A stretch of DNA of 64,000 nt from Macrostomum hystrix (lineage: Eukaryota; Animalia; Platyhelminthes). A program made the translations under genes and the position numbers. The stretch lies in assembly GCA_950097015.1 (NCBI GenBank), contig CATNEN010000038.1, forward strand, positions 16,430,001 through 16,494,000, given 5' to 3'. A model generated the notes under the pieces. It saw nothing but the letters and a program-made list of their open reading frames with translations. It was not told where the DNA came from and ran no database searches. Below, piece by piece: positions 1 to 11,400 of the stretch. How positions within the stretch are numbered: position 1 is the stretch's first letter; the number at the start of each line of letters is the position of its first letter.

Positions 1-42
1 GGCCGCCTCCACCGCCTCCACCATCACAGCAGCAGCAGCAGA

Positions 43-77
<35 letters not shown>

Positions 78-1005
78 TTGCCGTCACCGTCGCCGCCTCC
101 TCCTCCACCAATTAGAGATGAGAGCAAAAAGAAGCCGTTTAACTATCTGCAAGAGGCGGCCATTCCGCAGCGAACTGCGCCCCCTTTGACTCGGTCTCCG
201 TCGTCGCAAAGTCGTCAGCGGGTGTCGCCAACGCAGTCGCCGACAATCACCAGAATGGAAGGCCTACTGTGGCGCAAGCACGAATGGGATCAGGGCGGCA
301 AAAAGGCGCAGCATAGGAGCTGGCAGCAGCTGTGAGTTGGCTTTGAGTAGACTCTTGATTTAATTAGACTCAATTGTTTTGTACTCTAGTACTCCAGCTA
401 GGTTTTTGTCGATTTAATATTTTGAGTAGACTAGTAGATTTCAATAGACTCAAGAGTTCAAGATTTGAGTAGACTTAAGATTTGAGTACACTCAAGTCTG
501 TAATGGAATGAAGTTTTGAGTAGACTCGAGATTTGAGTAGACTTAAGTTTTTTAAGAATTGAGTTTTTAGTTGACTTTGAGTTTTAAGGAAACTCATGTT
601 TTGAGCATACTTTCGATTTGTGTTGACTCGAGATTTGATTATGGCGCTAGGCTCAAACTTCGTCTTCTCAAATTCTTTCGCAGTCACGTGATCCTAGACT
701 CCGGCAAACTGCGCTTCTACAAAGACCAGCGCGCGTCACGTGACAAACCCGAGGAGACTTTTCACCGAGAGCTGCCGCTGGAACTGGCCGGGGCCGTCTG
801 CGCGCCGGCGCCAGACTACACCAAGCGACTGTTTGTGTTCCGCCTGAAACTGGCTAACGGGGTCGAGTATCTGTTCCAGTCCCGTATGGAGGCCGACATG
901 AACGACTGGGTGCGACGTTTGAATACCGCCGCAGGCGGCTTCGCTGCCGCTGCCGTGGCAGCTCAAACTTCGTTTGCGGGAGGTCGAATTTTGTTCAAAA
1001 AATAA
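1..1005 (+). CDS. Beta-spectrin, last two exons (<1-331, 684-1005): Gln/Pro-rich linker plus C-terminal PH domain
   Basis: The splice CT|gtgagt...ttcgcag|T joins MEGLLWRKHEWDQGGKKAQHRSWQQL to HVILDSGKLRFYKDQ...DYTKRLFVFRLKLANGVEYLFQ...MNDW, which is the beta-spectrin PH signature. The protein ends ...ILFKK*, like beta-spectrin C-termini. Confidence 0.88.
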
Positions 1006-1042
1006 ACTCTCTTTGCTCGTATGATGCTATTTTTTTCTTCGT

Positions 1043-1396
1043 TAATAATAATAACAATAATTTCAGGAGGGCTGCGGAAAATGGCACATCAATTGGTGAG
1101 ACTAGATGGGCGATTCTGCCCATTCATCTGACTTCTGAGCACGAACGCACATAAATACTGTACGCAGGCACACCTCACACAGGTGCGTACATCTGCTCTG
1201 ACTTTCTCATCGTCAGTCAGCGTACACTTTCACTGTGCCTTGGAGATTGGCCCTCAAGGGCGTCAATTGCACGACAAGCCCCCAAAGCCTTCTCTCCGCG
1301 GCTGCGCCCCAAATAAATGTGGCCTCGCCGCGAAATCGAACTTATAGATCGTAGTGCGAGAGGCAAACGCGTTGACCGCTCTGCCACCCAGCCCCC
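1043..1396 (-). mobile_element. tRNA-derived SINE family A copy
   Basis: Reverse complement of the family seen at 2929, 13777, 31199 and 55637: A-box TGGCAGAGCGG, B-box-like GTTCGATTTC and an (ATT)n tail. Confidence 0.85.
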
Positions 1397-2627
1397 TTTA
1401 TTCCTCGTTATATTTTAACGGATTTATTTTTTACAGTACATATTTTATTAAACCATCAATCCTAGCTACGAGATCTTGTGAAAATTGACTCAAAACTTTT
1501 AAAATTTAGAAAACGTAGGAATCCACTTTAAACAAGAACCTAAACAAGAGTCTAAATTCTTCCATAATAAAATAAACATTTTCTGCAGCTACATAAATTT
1601 ATATACAATCTTTGGATCTGTGTGCCTTCCGTCAATCAAGCAGCTCCTTATATTAATACTAACAGTAAACTTAATGTTTTTTTAAAACAAAAATCGAATA
1701 AAGCGTTAACAAATTTCTCAGTTTTTGCTTTTACTAATTTAATTGTTTTGCGGTTTTTACACAGATCAATTTGTGAGACAAGTGTCTTTTGTAAATTAAT
1801 GCTACTCAATGAGGCACATTCCCTAACTATTCAGCGTTCAGGCTAAATTTTTTCAATTTATTTTTTTTCTTATATTTGCTTTTTTAACACAGTCTCACTT
1901 TTGTGACAGTTAATTTTTTCCCATCCACAAAGCGAAATCATATTTGTTTCTTTCGTAATCACTTTCTCATATAATCATTCTGAAAGTAATTTTTCGAAAA
2001 ATTCGATTTTACACGACAACTACTAACAAGTCACACTTAGTAGTAGTAAATTTATTTAGTATGTGCGTTTCGTTTTCGTAATTCGATTTCGATGTTGATT
2101 TTTTGTTATAATTGTACTAACATTCCAGTTTTCCAGGAAAAATCGCTTGATTCAAATCCTATAATTAATACTGGCTGTGGAATAAATGAAGTGCAATATT
2201 TTGCATGAAAAATTGTACTTTTTGAAAGGGATTTTTTCGTTCACTTCCATTCCAATTTGCTTTGGATTTTTTTGTTTAAACTAAACAGCTTGATAAAACT
2301 TCCCTTTGTTATACTCTTGTATTTGCACTAGTCTAGACCGTTTTTTCAGCTCTAGCTTTTAATGTTTTACTCGTACATATCGATAAGCACCTAAGAATTC
2401 CAAGATTCAATGCTTTTTTCAAAATCTTTTTTACTAGACTCTTGAAAATAAACGCGATTTTTTCACGCACTTTAGGAAATTCAAAGGATATTACCTAAAT
2501 AAATTTTATTATGCTGAAAAGCGCTGTTATAGTCAGTGCTTGCTACTTAAAGTAGTAACTTTTTAAAGAATTTATCGTTTATTTAAATGAAACTGAGGGT
2601 TGTAATTTTGTTGCCCTATTTTTCTCT

Positions 2628-2928
2628 GGCTAATCTGCTATTTTAGCTAATCTGCCATTTTAGCTAATCTGCCATTTTAGCTAATCTGCCATTTTAGCTA
2701 ATCTGCCATTTTAGCTAATCTGCCATTTTAGCTAATCTGCCATTTTAGCTAATCTGCCATTTTAGCTAATCTGCCATCTTAGCTAATCTGCCATTTTAGC
2801 TAATCTGCCATTTTAGCTAATCTGCCATCTTAGCTAATCTGCCATTTTAGCTAATCTGCCATTTTAGCTAATCTGCCATTTTAGCTAATCTGCCATTTTA
2901 GCTAATCTGCCATTTTAGCTAATCTGCC
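2628..2928. repeat. 17-bp minisatellite (TTTTAGCTAATCTGCCA), ~17 copies
   Basis: Direct tandem periodicity. Confidence 0.95.
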
Positions 2929-3181
2929 GGGGGTGAGTGGCAGAGTGGTCTGACTGGTGTGCCTCTCGCTCCAAGGTCACTGAGCTCGATTTCGCGGCGA
3001 GGCCACATTCATTTGGGGCGCGGAGAGAAGGCTTGGGGGCTTGTCGTGCAATTTACGCCCTTGAGGGCCAACCTCCATTGCACAGTGTGAGTGTACACTG
3101 CCTGACGATGAGAAAGTCAGGACAGATGTACACACCTGTGTGAGCGCATGCCTGCGTACGGTATTTGTGTGTGTCCTCAGG
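2929..3181 (+). mobile_element. SINE family A copy, 3'-truncated
   Basis: tRNA-like head plus body GGAGAGAAGGCTTGGGGGCTTGTCGTGCAATTTACGCCCTTGAGGGC shared with the other copies. Confidence 0.85.
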
Positions 3182-3386
3182 TATGATATGTTATTTTAGT
3201 CATAATAATTGTCTTTTTTGCATTATTTATTCTGCCTTCGGTCAGCATTCTGAAACTGGAATTAAGTTCTCAAGCCTTTCATCCTAAACACTTTAGTACA
3301 GCGGTGCTTTCCGATGCATTAGCAGACTAAGTATATGGACTATTGAAATACTTTAGACAATAGTTTAGACGTGTCAGCAATAAGGA

Positions 3387-3899
3387 TTATTGGCAGTTCT
3401 GCATGCCAACGGCCGCGAAGTCTCTCGCCACCACAGCATCGCCTACTTCGATGTGGCGATCACGGGCGTTGGCGTCGTGCTGCTGTTTCTGCATCGCTTG
3501 CTGGAGAGCCACCCTCGCTGGAAGATCCGGCCGCACTCGATCGAGTAGGGACCGCAGCCGCCTCCCCAACAGCTGCTCACACGGCGGGGGGCCAGTCGTG
3601 GCGTGGGGCGTCACGCAGAAGGTCAGCAGGAAGCGCGCCACCCGGTCCTCCAGCGAGCCGCTTTTCTGCTTCGCTAGCGACTTCTTTAGCGTTTGAACCG
3701 CTCGCTCCGCCTGCTCGTTGGACGCCGGGTGGTAGGGCGCGGTCCGCACGTGCCGGATGCCGTTTTGCTGCAGAAACTTCTCCATCTCCTCGCTGACCAG
3801 GTTGGGGCCGTTGTCCGTCACGATGATGTCTGGCAGCCCATGAGTGCAGAAGCTCTGCTGCAGCCTCTGGATGGTCGCAGCCGAAGTTGTGGACGTCAT
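3387..3899 (-). mobile_element. Gypsy (Mag-like) integrase fragment
   Basis: HGLPDIIVTDNGPNL...GIRHVRTAPYHPASNEQAERAVQTLK...TPHATTG, an rve integrase core. Confidence 0.88.
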
Positions 3900-3981
3900 G
3901 ACATACTCAGCAGAAATTGCAGATCCGTCACCGCAATAGAAACGGCAGAATCACTCGGGTCAGCTGTAGCCGCAGTGACAT

Positions 3982-4577
3982 CAGCACCAGAGTAGGCAGC
4001 AGCAGTTGTAGCACCAGAGTAGGCAGCACCAGTTGTAGCACCAGAGTAGGCAGCACCAGTTGTAGCACCAGAGTATAGGCAGCAGCAGTTGTAGCACCAG
4101 AGTAGGCAGCAGCAGTTGTAGCACCAGAGTAGGCAGCAGCAGTTGTAGCACCAGAGTAGGCAGCAGCAGTTGTAGCACCAGAGTAGGCAGCACCAGTTGT
4201 AGCACCAGAGTAGGCAGCACCAGTTGTAGCACCAGAGTATAGGCAGCAGCAGTTGTAGCACCAGAGTAGGCAGCAGCAGTTGTAGCACCAGAGTAGGCAG
4301 CAGCAGTTGTAGCACCAGAGTAGGCAGCAGCAGTTGTAGCACCAGAGTATAGGCAGCAGCAGTTGTAGCACCAGAGTAGGCAGCAGCAGTTGTAGCACCA
4401 GAGTAGGCAGCAGCAGTTGTAGCACCAGAGTAGGCAGCAGCAGTTGTAGCACCAGAGTAGGCAGCAGCAGTTGTAGCACCAGAGTAGGCAGCAGCAGTTG
4501 CAGCACCAGAGTAGGCAGCAGCAGTTGCAGCACCAGAGTAGGCAGCAGCAGTTGTAGCACCAGAGTAGGCAGCAGCA
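3982..4577. repeat. 27-bp minisatellite (GCACCAGAGTAGGCAGCAGCAGTTGTA) with 29-bp variants
   Basis: Tandem periodicity. The TA-insertion variants shift frame, so the overlapping ORFs are artefacts. Confidence 0.95.
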
Positions 4578-5494
4578 TCAGCCGTTCTAGACAATGACGG
4601 CATCGGGATTAGTCCGAATTTATCATGCTGGACAAGATTAACCTGACCTAAGACGTTCTCGTTCAACATAGCATCTAGTGCAGACGCAGTCCTTGGTTTT
4701 ATCGGAGGTTCAGGCTTATGCCAATCTTACGCATCGCGTCGCCAAGGCCATTCTTCAAGAATCTTCCTAGAATTCTCATGCAGAAATGTGGCAGAAACAG
4801 CACAACAGCGGAGCCGTGGTAGGTCAGTCAGCAAAGCAAAAATATTATGCCGGGACTGAACATTAAACTACATGCTTCGAACAGCTCCGCAACGCTAGTT
4901 ACTGTGAGCTGATGCTCACGCATAAGGCGATGGTAGACTTGGCCGAGAAAGAACGAAGTCTTTGGGATTGTAAATATGGGTGCTAATTTGATTGTCTTGG
5001 TAAAATCTTTGCAGGTTCACTTTTTGGGCTGGGAGGCTCCTATCAGGAATATGGAGACAGATATTTTGTGCTAGACTCATCTGGAATAGTAGATACAGCT
5101 TTTGTGAGAGCTAGGCAGGTACCTTTCTTCATGATCTCTTTGGGAATAATAAAGTTAACAGATTGTGGATAATGGCGACTGCGTAAATGTTTGTCCCAGA
5201 TGGCAGCTGCAGATACTACTCCTGTACGTAGATAATGTGCTCTTTTGTTATACCGTCTAAAGTGTCACTCTGCTCTGACCTGCTGCGGTGAGAACGGACA
5301 CCCAGAACAGACACCCAAGAACATAGACGAAATCCCCCGGCAGCGGGCACAAATCGACTTTCCGTGCCCGCTGTTTTAGTCTATGAGTCTTGGCAATCCT
5401 GAAACTATATACATCGGGCTTCAAATTGCATGAATTTTATAGATTGACGATTGACAACTCCACTGGTTGAATCGCTACAACTTTTTGTGTAAAC

Positions 5495-8400
5495 ATGCAG
5501 CCAATAAGTCATACCAGTGAATTCCATAGGCTTCTTTGTATCACATTAATTGCTAAATTTATCATCCTGCTGTGTTTCAACTGCGCAATTGGTGAGTACT
5601 CACAGTCATTATAACTATTTTCAATGTGCTCAGTTTTTAATGTATTATTTGAAATGACAACACAATTCAAATACAAGCTGGAAAGCTACAAAGGCAATGA
5701 TTGCTACTGAATTGCTAATTTTCTCAACTGCAATTTCAGCGGACTCAACCAGGCCATTAACCTTGCTGGCCAAGGTGAGAACATTTCAGGCCAACGATGG
5801 TCAGGAAGTTCAGCCAAGCCGGGTAAGTAAAATGTAAAATGATTGAACTAAACTTTATAACAATGAAATGACTGTTTCTTCAGTCATGTCAGGAAAGTAG
5901 CCCTGTCAGTGGAAAGTAGCCCTGTCAGTGGAAGGTAGCCCTGTCAGTGGAAGGTAGCCCTGTCAGTGGAAGGTAGCCCTGTCAGTGGAAGGTAGCCCTG
6001 TCAGTGGAAAGTAGCCCTGTCAGTGGAAAGTAGCCCTGTCAGTGGAAGGTAGCCCTGTCAGTGGAAGGTAGCCCTGTCAGTGGAAGGTAGCCCTGTCAGT
6101 GGAAGGTAGCCCTGTCAGTGGAAGGTAGCCCTGTCAGTGGAAAGTAGCCCTGTCAGTGGAAAGTAGCCCTGTCAGTGGAAAGTAGCCCTGTCAGTGGAAG
6201 GTAGCCCTGTCAGTGGAAGGTAGCCCTGTCAGTGGAAAGTAGCCCTGTCAGTGGAAAGTAGCCCTGTCAGTGGAAAGTAGCCCTGTCAGTGGAAGGTAGC
6301 CCTGTCAGTGGAAGGTAGCCCTGTCAGTGGAAAGTAGCCCTGTCAGTGGAAAGTAGCCCTGTCAGTGGAAGGTAGCCCTGTCAGTGGAAAGTAGCCCTGT
6401 CAGTGGAAAGTAGCCCTGTCAGTGGAAAGTAGCCCTGTCAGTGGAAAGTAGCCCTGTCAGTGGAAGGTAGCCCTGTCAGTGGAAAGTAGCCCTGTCAGTG
6501 GAAAGTAGCCCTGTCAGTGGAAAGTAGCCCTGTCAGTGGAAAGTAGCCCTGTCAGTGGAAAGTAGCCCTGTCAGTGGAAAGTAGCCCTGTCAGTGGAAAG
6601 TAGCCCTGTCAGTGGAAAGTAGCCCTGTCAGTGGAAAGTAGCCCTGTCAGTGGAAAGTAGCCCTGTCAGTGGAAGGTAGCCCTGTCGGTGAATGGTGCCC
6701 ATGTCGGCAGAAGGCTGTGCCAGCTGGTACACACTGGAGGTTTGAAATCTGTTCGAAATGTGAATTCGATTTCACCACTTCAGAAAATCGGCAGAAATTT
6801 GGTCCTAGAGATTGTTGCTATGCCATCGCTGCGCCGGTTCTCATTCTACCTGGCGGTGAGAAGGTAAGCACAAATGCACTTTTATACATTTTGATGAAGC
6901 TCGAATACGACCTATTGCTGCAAGCCTTTTTGTAACAGCTTTTTGTTAAATGCTTTTCCAGACCTGAAGAGTTCCCAGTTCGAATCGTGGGGAATCGATC
7001 CCAGGCCAGCAAATCGCGACATCGCTCTCAGTGCCACTACTCAGCGTGGCCGATTGAGTCTGGGACTGCCCAGTTGGGCAATGAGACTCAGCCAGGCCTT
7101 GTGTCACTCTGCTCTGACCTGCTGCGGTGAGAACGGACACCCAGAACAGACACTCAAGAACATACAGATATGCAGATCAGACACCCCAGAACAGACACCC
7201 CAGAAGACAGCCCAGAACAGAGAGTTCAGAACAGACACCCCAGAACAAACAGCCCAGAACAGACACCCCAGAACAGACACCCCAGAACAGACAGCCATGC
7301 AGATCAGACACCCCAGATCAGGCACCCTAGAGCAGACACCTCAGAGCAGACACCTCAGAGCAGACACCCCAGAAGACAACCCAGAACGGACACCTCAGAA
7401 GAGACAGCCCAGAACAGACAGCCCAGAACAGACAGCCCAGAACAGGCACGCCAGAACAGACACATCAAAACAGACTATCAGAAGACACCCAAGAAAAGAC
7501 ACCCCAGAAGACAGCCCAGAACAGACAGCGCAGAACAGACACTCCATAACAGACAGGCCAGAACAGACACCTCAGAACAGACACCCCAGAACAAACAGCC
7601 CAGAACAAACACCCCAGAACAAACAGCCCAGAACAGACACCCCAGAAAAGACACCCCAGAACAGACAGCCATGCAGATCATTTACCCGGACAGCTGAATC
7701 CAACCCTCATTGACAGTGGCACGCTGTCAATCAACATCACTCACCTGGGCTATATTCAAGCTACCGGGCATCGTATGCGGCTGCGTGACTCAAGCTGGCA
7801 GGTGTACCAGCTCAACTTGTATCCTTCAAGTGTCGGTTGGAAGCAGCATCAAGCATTGGAATCGGCCTATGACGTGCTGAATAAGCGGATCGCTGCACGT
7901 GAATATGATTTTTTTTCATTTACATCATTTTAGAAATATAGTGAGATGCTCAATGAATAAGTAATTGGGTTTCACAATAACTTCCAGTAAGTCCACAGCA
8001 ACTGACCAAAATGCTTGGTGGCAGCGTGTTGTTACAGGTAAGCCATTATTTGGATTAATAAAGTTCAAGAGCCCAATTTTGAAAGTGACTCATTATTCTA
8101 TTAGTATATCCCAAGGATTGAGGATAATGTCAGATGGATGGCTGTTCCCATTGTTGATAAAGCTGACCAACAGATAGAATGGGGCAGAATAGCAAAAGTA
8201 TTTATGACTGGTGCCATTCAAGTGTCAAGTTGCTGTTCAGCTTGATCATGTTAGCCAGTTAAAAATCAAGAGTTATATAGATGAGGCTTTGCATTGCAAA
8301 TTCTATGCTTCTTGGTGACCCAACATTGAAATTTGAGTGAGTGTGACGGCACCCAGTCCATGGACTGATCAAGCTAATATAGACAGACTGACTGAATCAA

Positions 8401-11400
8401 TTCCGTTAATTCTACTCGCCTTTGCTTGTTAAAAACTCAAATACAGAGGCACCGGCGCTCCGCAAGGTTCGAGACCCGGTCCATAAAGCTGGAGCTGAGC
8501 AGGAAGGTGCTCAGTCGTGAAGGCCCATTCATTTTGCAGCTCTACCTCATCGTTGACAATGGGTTTGTGAGTGTAACATTTATAATTTTATGTTAATATT
8601 ATAGCATATAATAACATTAGCGACAAGCTTTGGAAAAACTTCATGGAGAAGCATTGACAGGTCTTGGGAGTGTACGATAGAAATTACTCATGCTCATGTG
8701 GGTGTGCAATTGTGATGTGTATTTCATTCTTTTACACGAGCAAGGCTCAAGCCGATAAGAGGACATTCTTTTAACCATCTAAAACTGCAAGACGCGCATA
8801 AATATGCTTGGCATAAAAGCCGTAGCTATAAAAGCTTGCTTAAAATGAAAGCGCCATCTCAGAGTCAAACCAACTGACGAACAAAAGACGTAACAATGGC
8901 GACGATGAAAATCAGTGAGTTTTGCGTTGAGCATCCAGAAAAGTGGGCAGCCTACGAAGAAAGATTCGAACAGTTGCTCATCTTGAATAAAATTTCGGAT
9001 GAGAACCTAAAGCGAGCTACTTTGATCACATCAATCGGCGATGACTGTTATGCACTGCTTCGAGACTTGGCATCACCTAATAAGCCGAGCGAGTTGACAT
9101 GCGCACAGCTGCAAGACTTGCTGCGGAACCACTTCGCCCCACAGCGGAAAGCGGAAAGCCTGCGAAAGCTGGCATCAGCTTGTGGCTTCGAGAATTTCTT
9201 GGAACAGGCTTTGAGAGACCGACTAGTATGCGACATTCGGGACAAACTGATTCAATGTCAACGCCTTCTCTAAGAAAATACATTGACGCTTGAAACAGCC
9301 CTGACGCTAGAAAGTCTGCTCTAAGTGCTCTAAATTGGGACACTATGAACGAGCTTGCCGGACGAAAGCCTCACAGGACAACCGACTAAATCGACATCGT
9401 GGACATTCTCATGTGTCAAGACACAAGAAAGCTAGAGCTGTGACAGCTAGGGATGACTCAGAATTGGACAGCGATGAATCTGTCGCACAGATACAAACTG
9501 TCCGCTGGTCTGATTGCACAATTTCAACTGTTAGTTCTCCTTACAAGTGCACGATCAATCTGCAAGGCATGGATGTCGAGTTCAACATCGATACGAGTCG
9601 TACGGGAGCTGACAGAACGCTAATCAACGAGCAATGCTGCAGAGATCTCGGACTTCAACTAAGTAAGACAATTTTGTCATACTCTGAAAGTTTTGGTAGT
9701 CAAAGGAGCAGGATCTAACTTGCTAGGAAGAGATTGGCTGAGCATCTTGAAATTGGACTGGAATAAAGCAGTCTGCGCGTGTTCGAAGTGGAAAGCAGTT
9801 TCTCACCAGAGTTTATCTTTTAGACTCATCCTGACGTATTTTCTCCTGGACTTGGGCTTATTCAGAACGCAACAGCCAAGATTACCGTTCGAGATGACTA
9901 CAGTCCGAAGTTTCAAAAATGCAGACCTGTACCTTTTTCAATGAAGAAACTGATTGAGGATGAGCTAGGTAACCTAGGTAACATTTCCCAAGCCTTTCTG
10001 CAGTTGGCATTGAGGAGAGCAGCAGAAGATACACTATCAACAGCTATCAATACGCACATGGGCTTGTACCAATACAATCGTCTTACTATAATGGGCTTGG
10101 CTTCAGCCCCCGCCCAGTTTCAAGAAGCTATTGAAAATATTCTCAGTGGACTAGACGTTGTGGCATACATTGACGACATCTTAGTGTCTGGAAAAACTCT
10201 TATCGAACATGATCAGAAGATACACAAAGTACTGAAAGTATTGCAGTCCAGGGGTGTCAAACTCAACAAAGACAAGTGCAAGTTTCGACTGTAGAAGGTA
10301 GAATTAATGGGTTACATAATCGACTGTGACGGGTTGCACCCATCGCCAGACAAGGTCAATGCTGTGCGAAATTCGCCAAACCCTAGCAGCTTAAGATCTT
10401 TGGTTGGGCTCATAAACTACTATACGGGAAGTTCATCCCAAACTTGTCATCTGTTTTGTCCCCGTTAAATCGACTGCTCAGAAACGATGCGACATATAGA
10501 TGGGACAGTCAGTGTCAATCAGCTTTGGAATCGGTGAAGTCAGTATAAACATCTGATAGACTGCTGGTACATTTCGATCCGAAGAAACCGATTGTTCTAC
10601 ACACCGATGTCTCACACATGCCCATTTGCTACCCATCAAGGACCTTGTCATCAGCTGAACAAAACTATACTCACAGTTGGAGAAAGAAGCCCTTTCTATT
10701 GTTTTTTGGGATTAATTTTTCATCAGTATTTATTAGTAAACAAGTTCACATTAGTAACCGATCACAAGCCGCTGATCACAATCTTCGGTGAAAAGACTGC
10801 AAGTAGACTGCAGCGTTGGGCCATCTTGCTCTCAGCTCATCAGTACGAGATCAGGTTCAGGAAAACGCCGATGCTTTGTCTTGACTACCGCTTCCAAGTT
10901 CTACATCTCGCGTAGACAAAGGCATGGAAAAGCGACTTCAAGAGTTACCTATCACGTCTGCCGAGATCCGTCGGGAGACATCGCGAGATCGCATCTTGAG
11001 CAAGGTTATCAGATTCTGTCAAGACAACTGGCCTGAGAGATGCGAAGGTGAGCTTGAGTTATACCGTCAGAAGCTAAATGAACAATGCCTTGAGCAAGGG
11101 GTATTGTACCTGACAGACTTGGACATCAAATTCTGGATTTACTACACGAAGGACATCCAGGAATAGTATCAATGAAGTCGTTTGCTCGCTTGCATGTCTG
11201 GTTTCCTGGAATAGATCGGCAAATAGAAATAGCTGTGAAGCAATGCAAGGGATGTGAACTGCAGCAAAACAAGCTGCCAGAATCGACTGTTCACCCACTC
11301 AGTTGGCCAGAAAAGCCATGGACGAGACTACAAGCCGACTTCTTTGGTCCGTGCTATTGTTACAACTGGTTAATGGATTGTCGATGCGACCTCGAAATGG

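Noticed and set aside
3896-4669. Antifreeze/ice-nucleation-like repetitive ORF (AAAYSGATT)
   Set aside because: 29-bp variants shift the frame repeatedly and there is no splice or domain context. It is a minisatellite artefact.
6840-7060. Apparent piggyBac-like TIR and minus-strand B-box
   Set aside because: Better explained as ADAM exons 3 and 4, with canonical splice sites and prodomain motifs.
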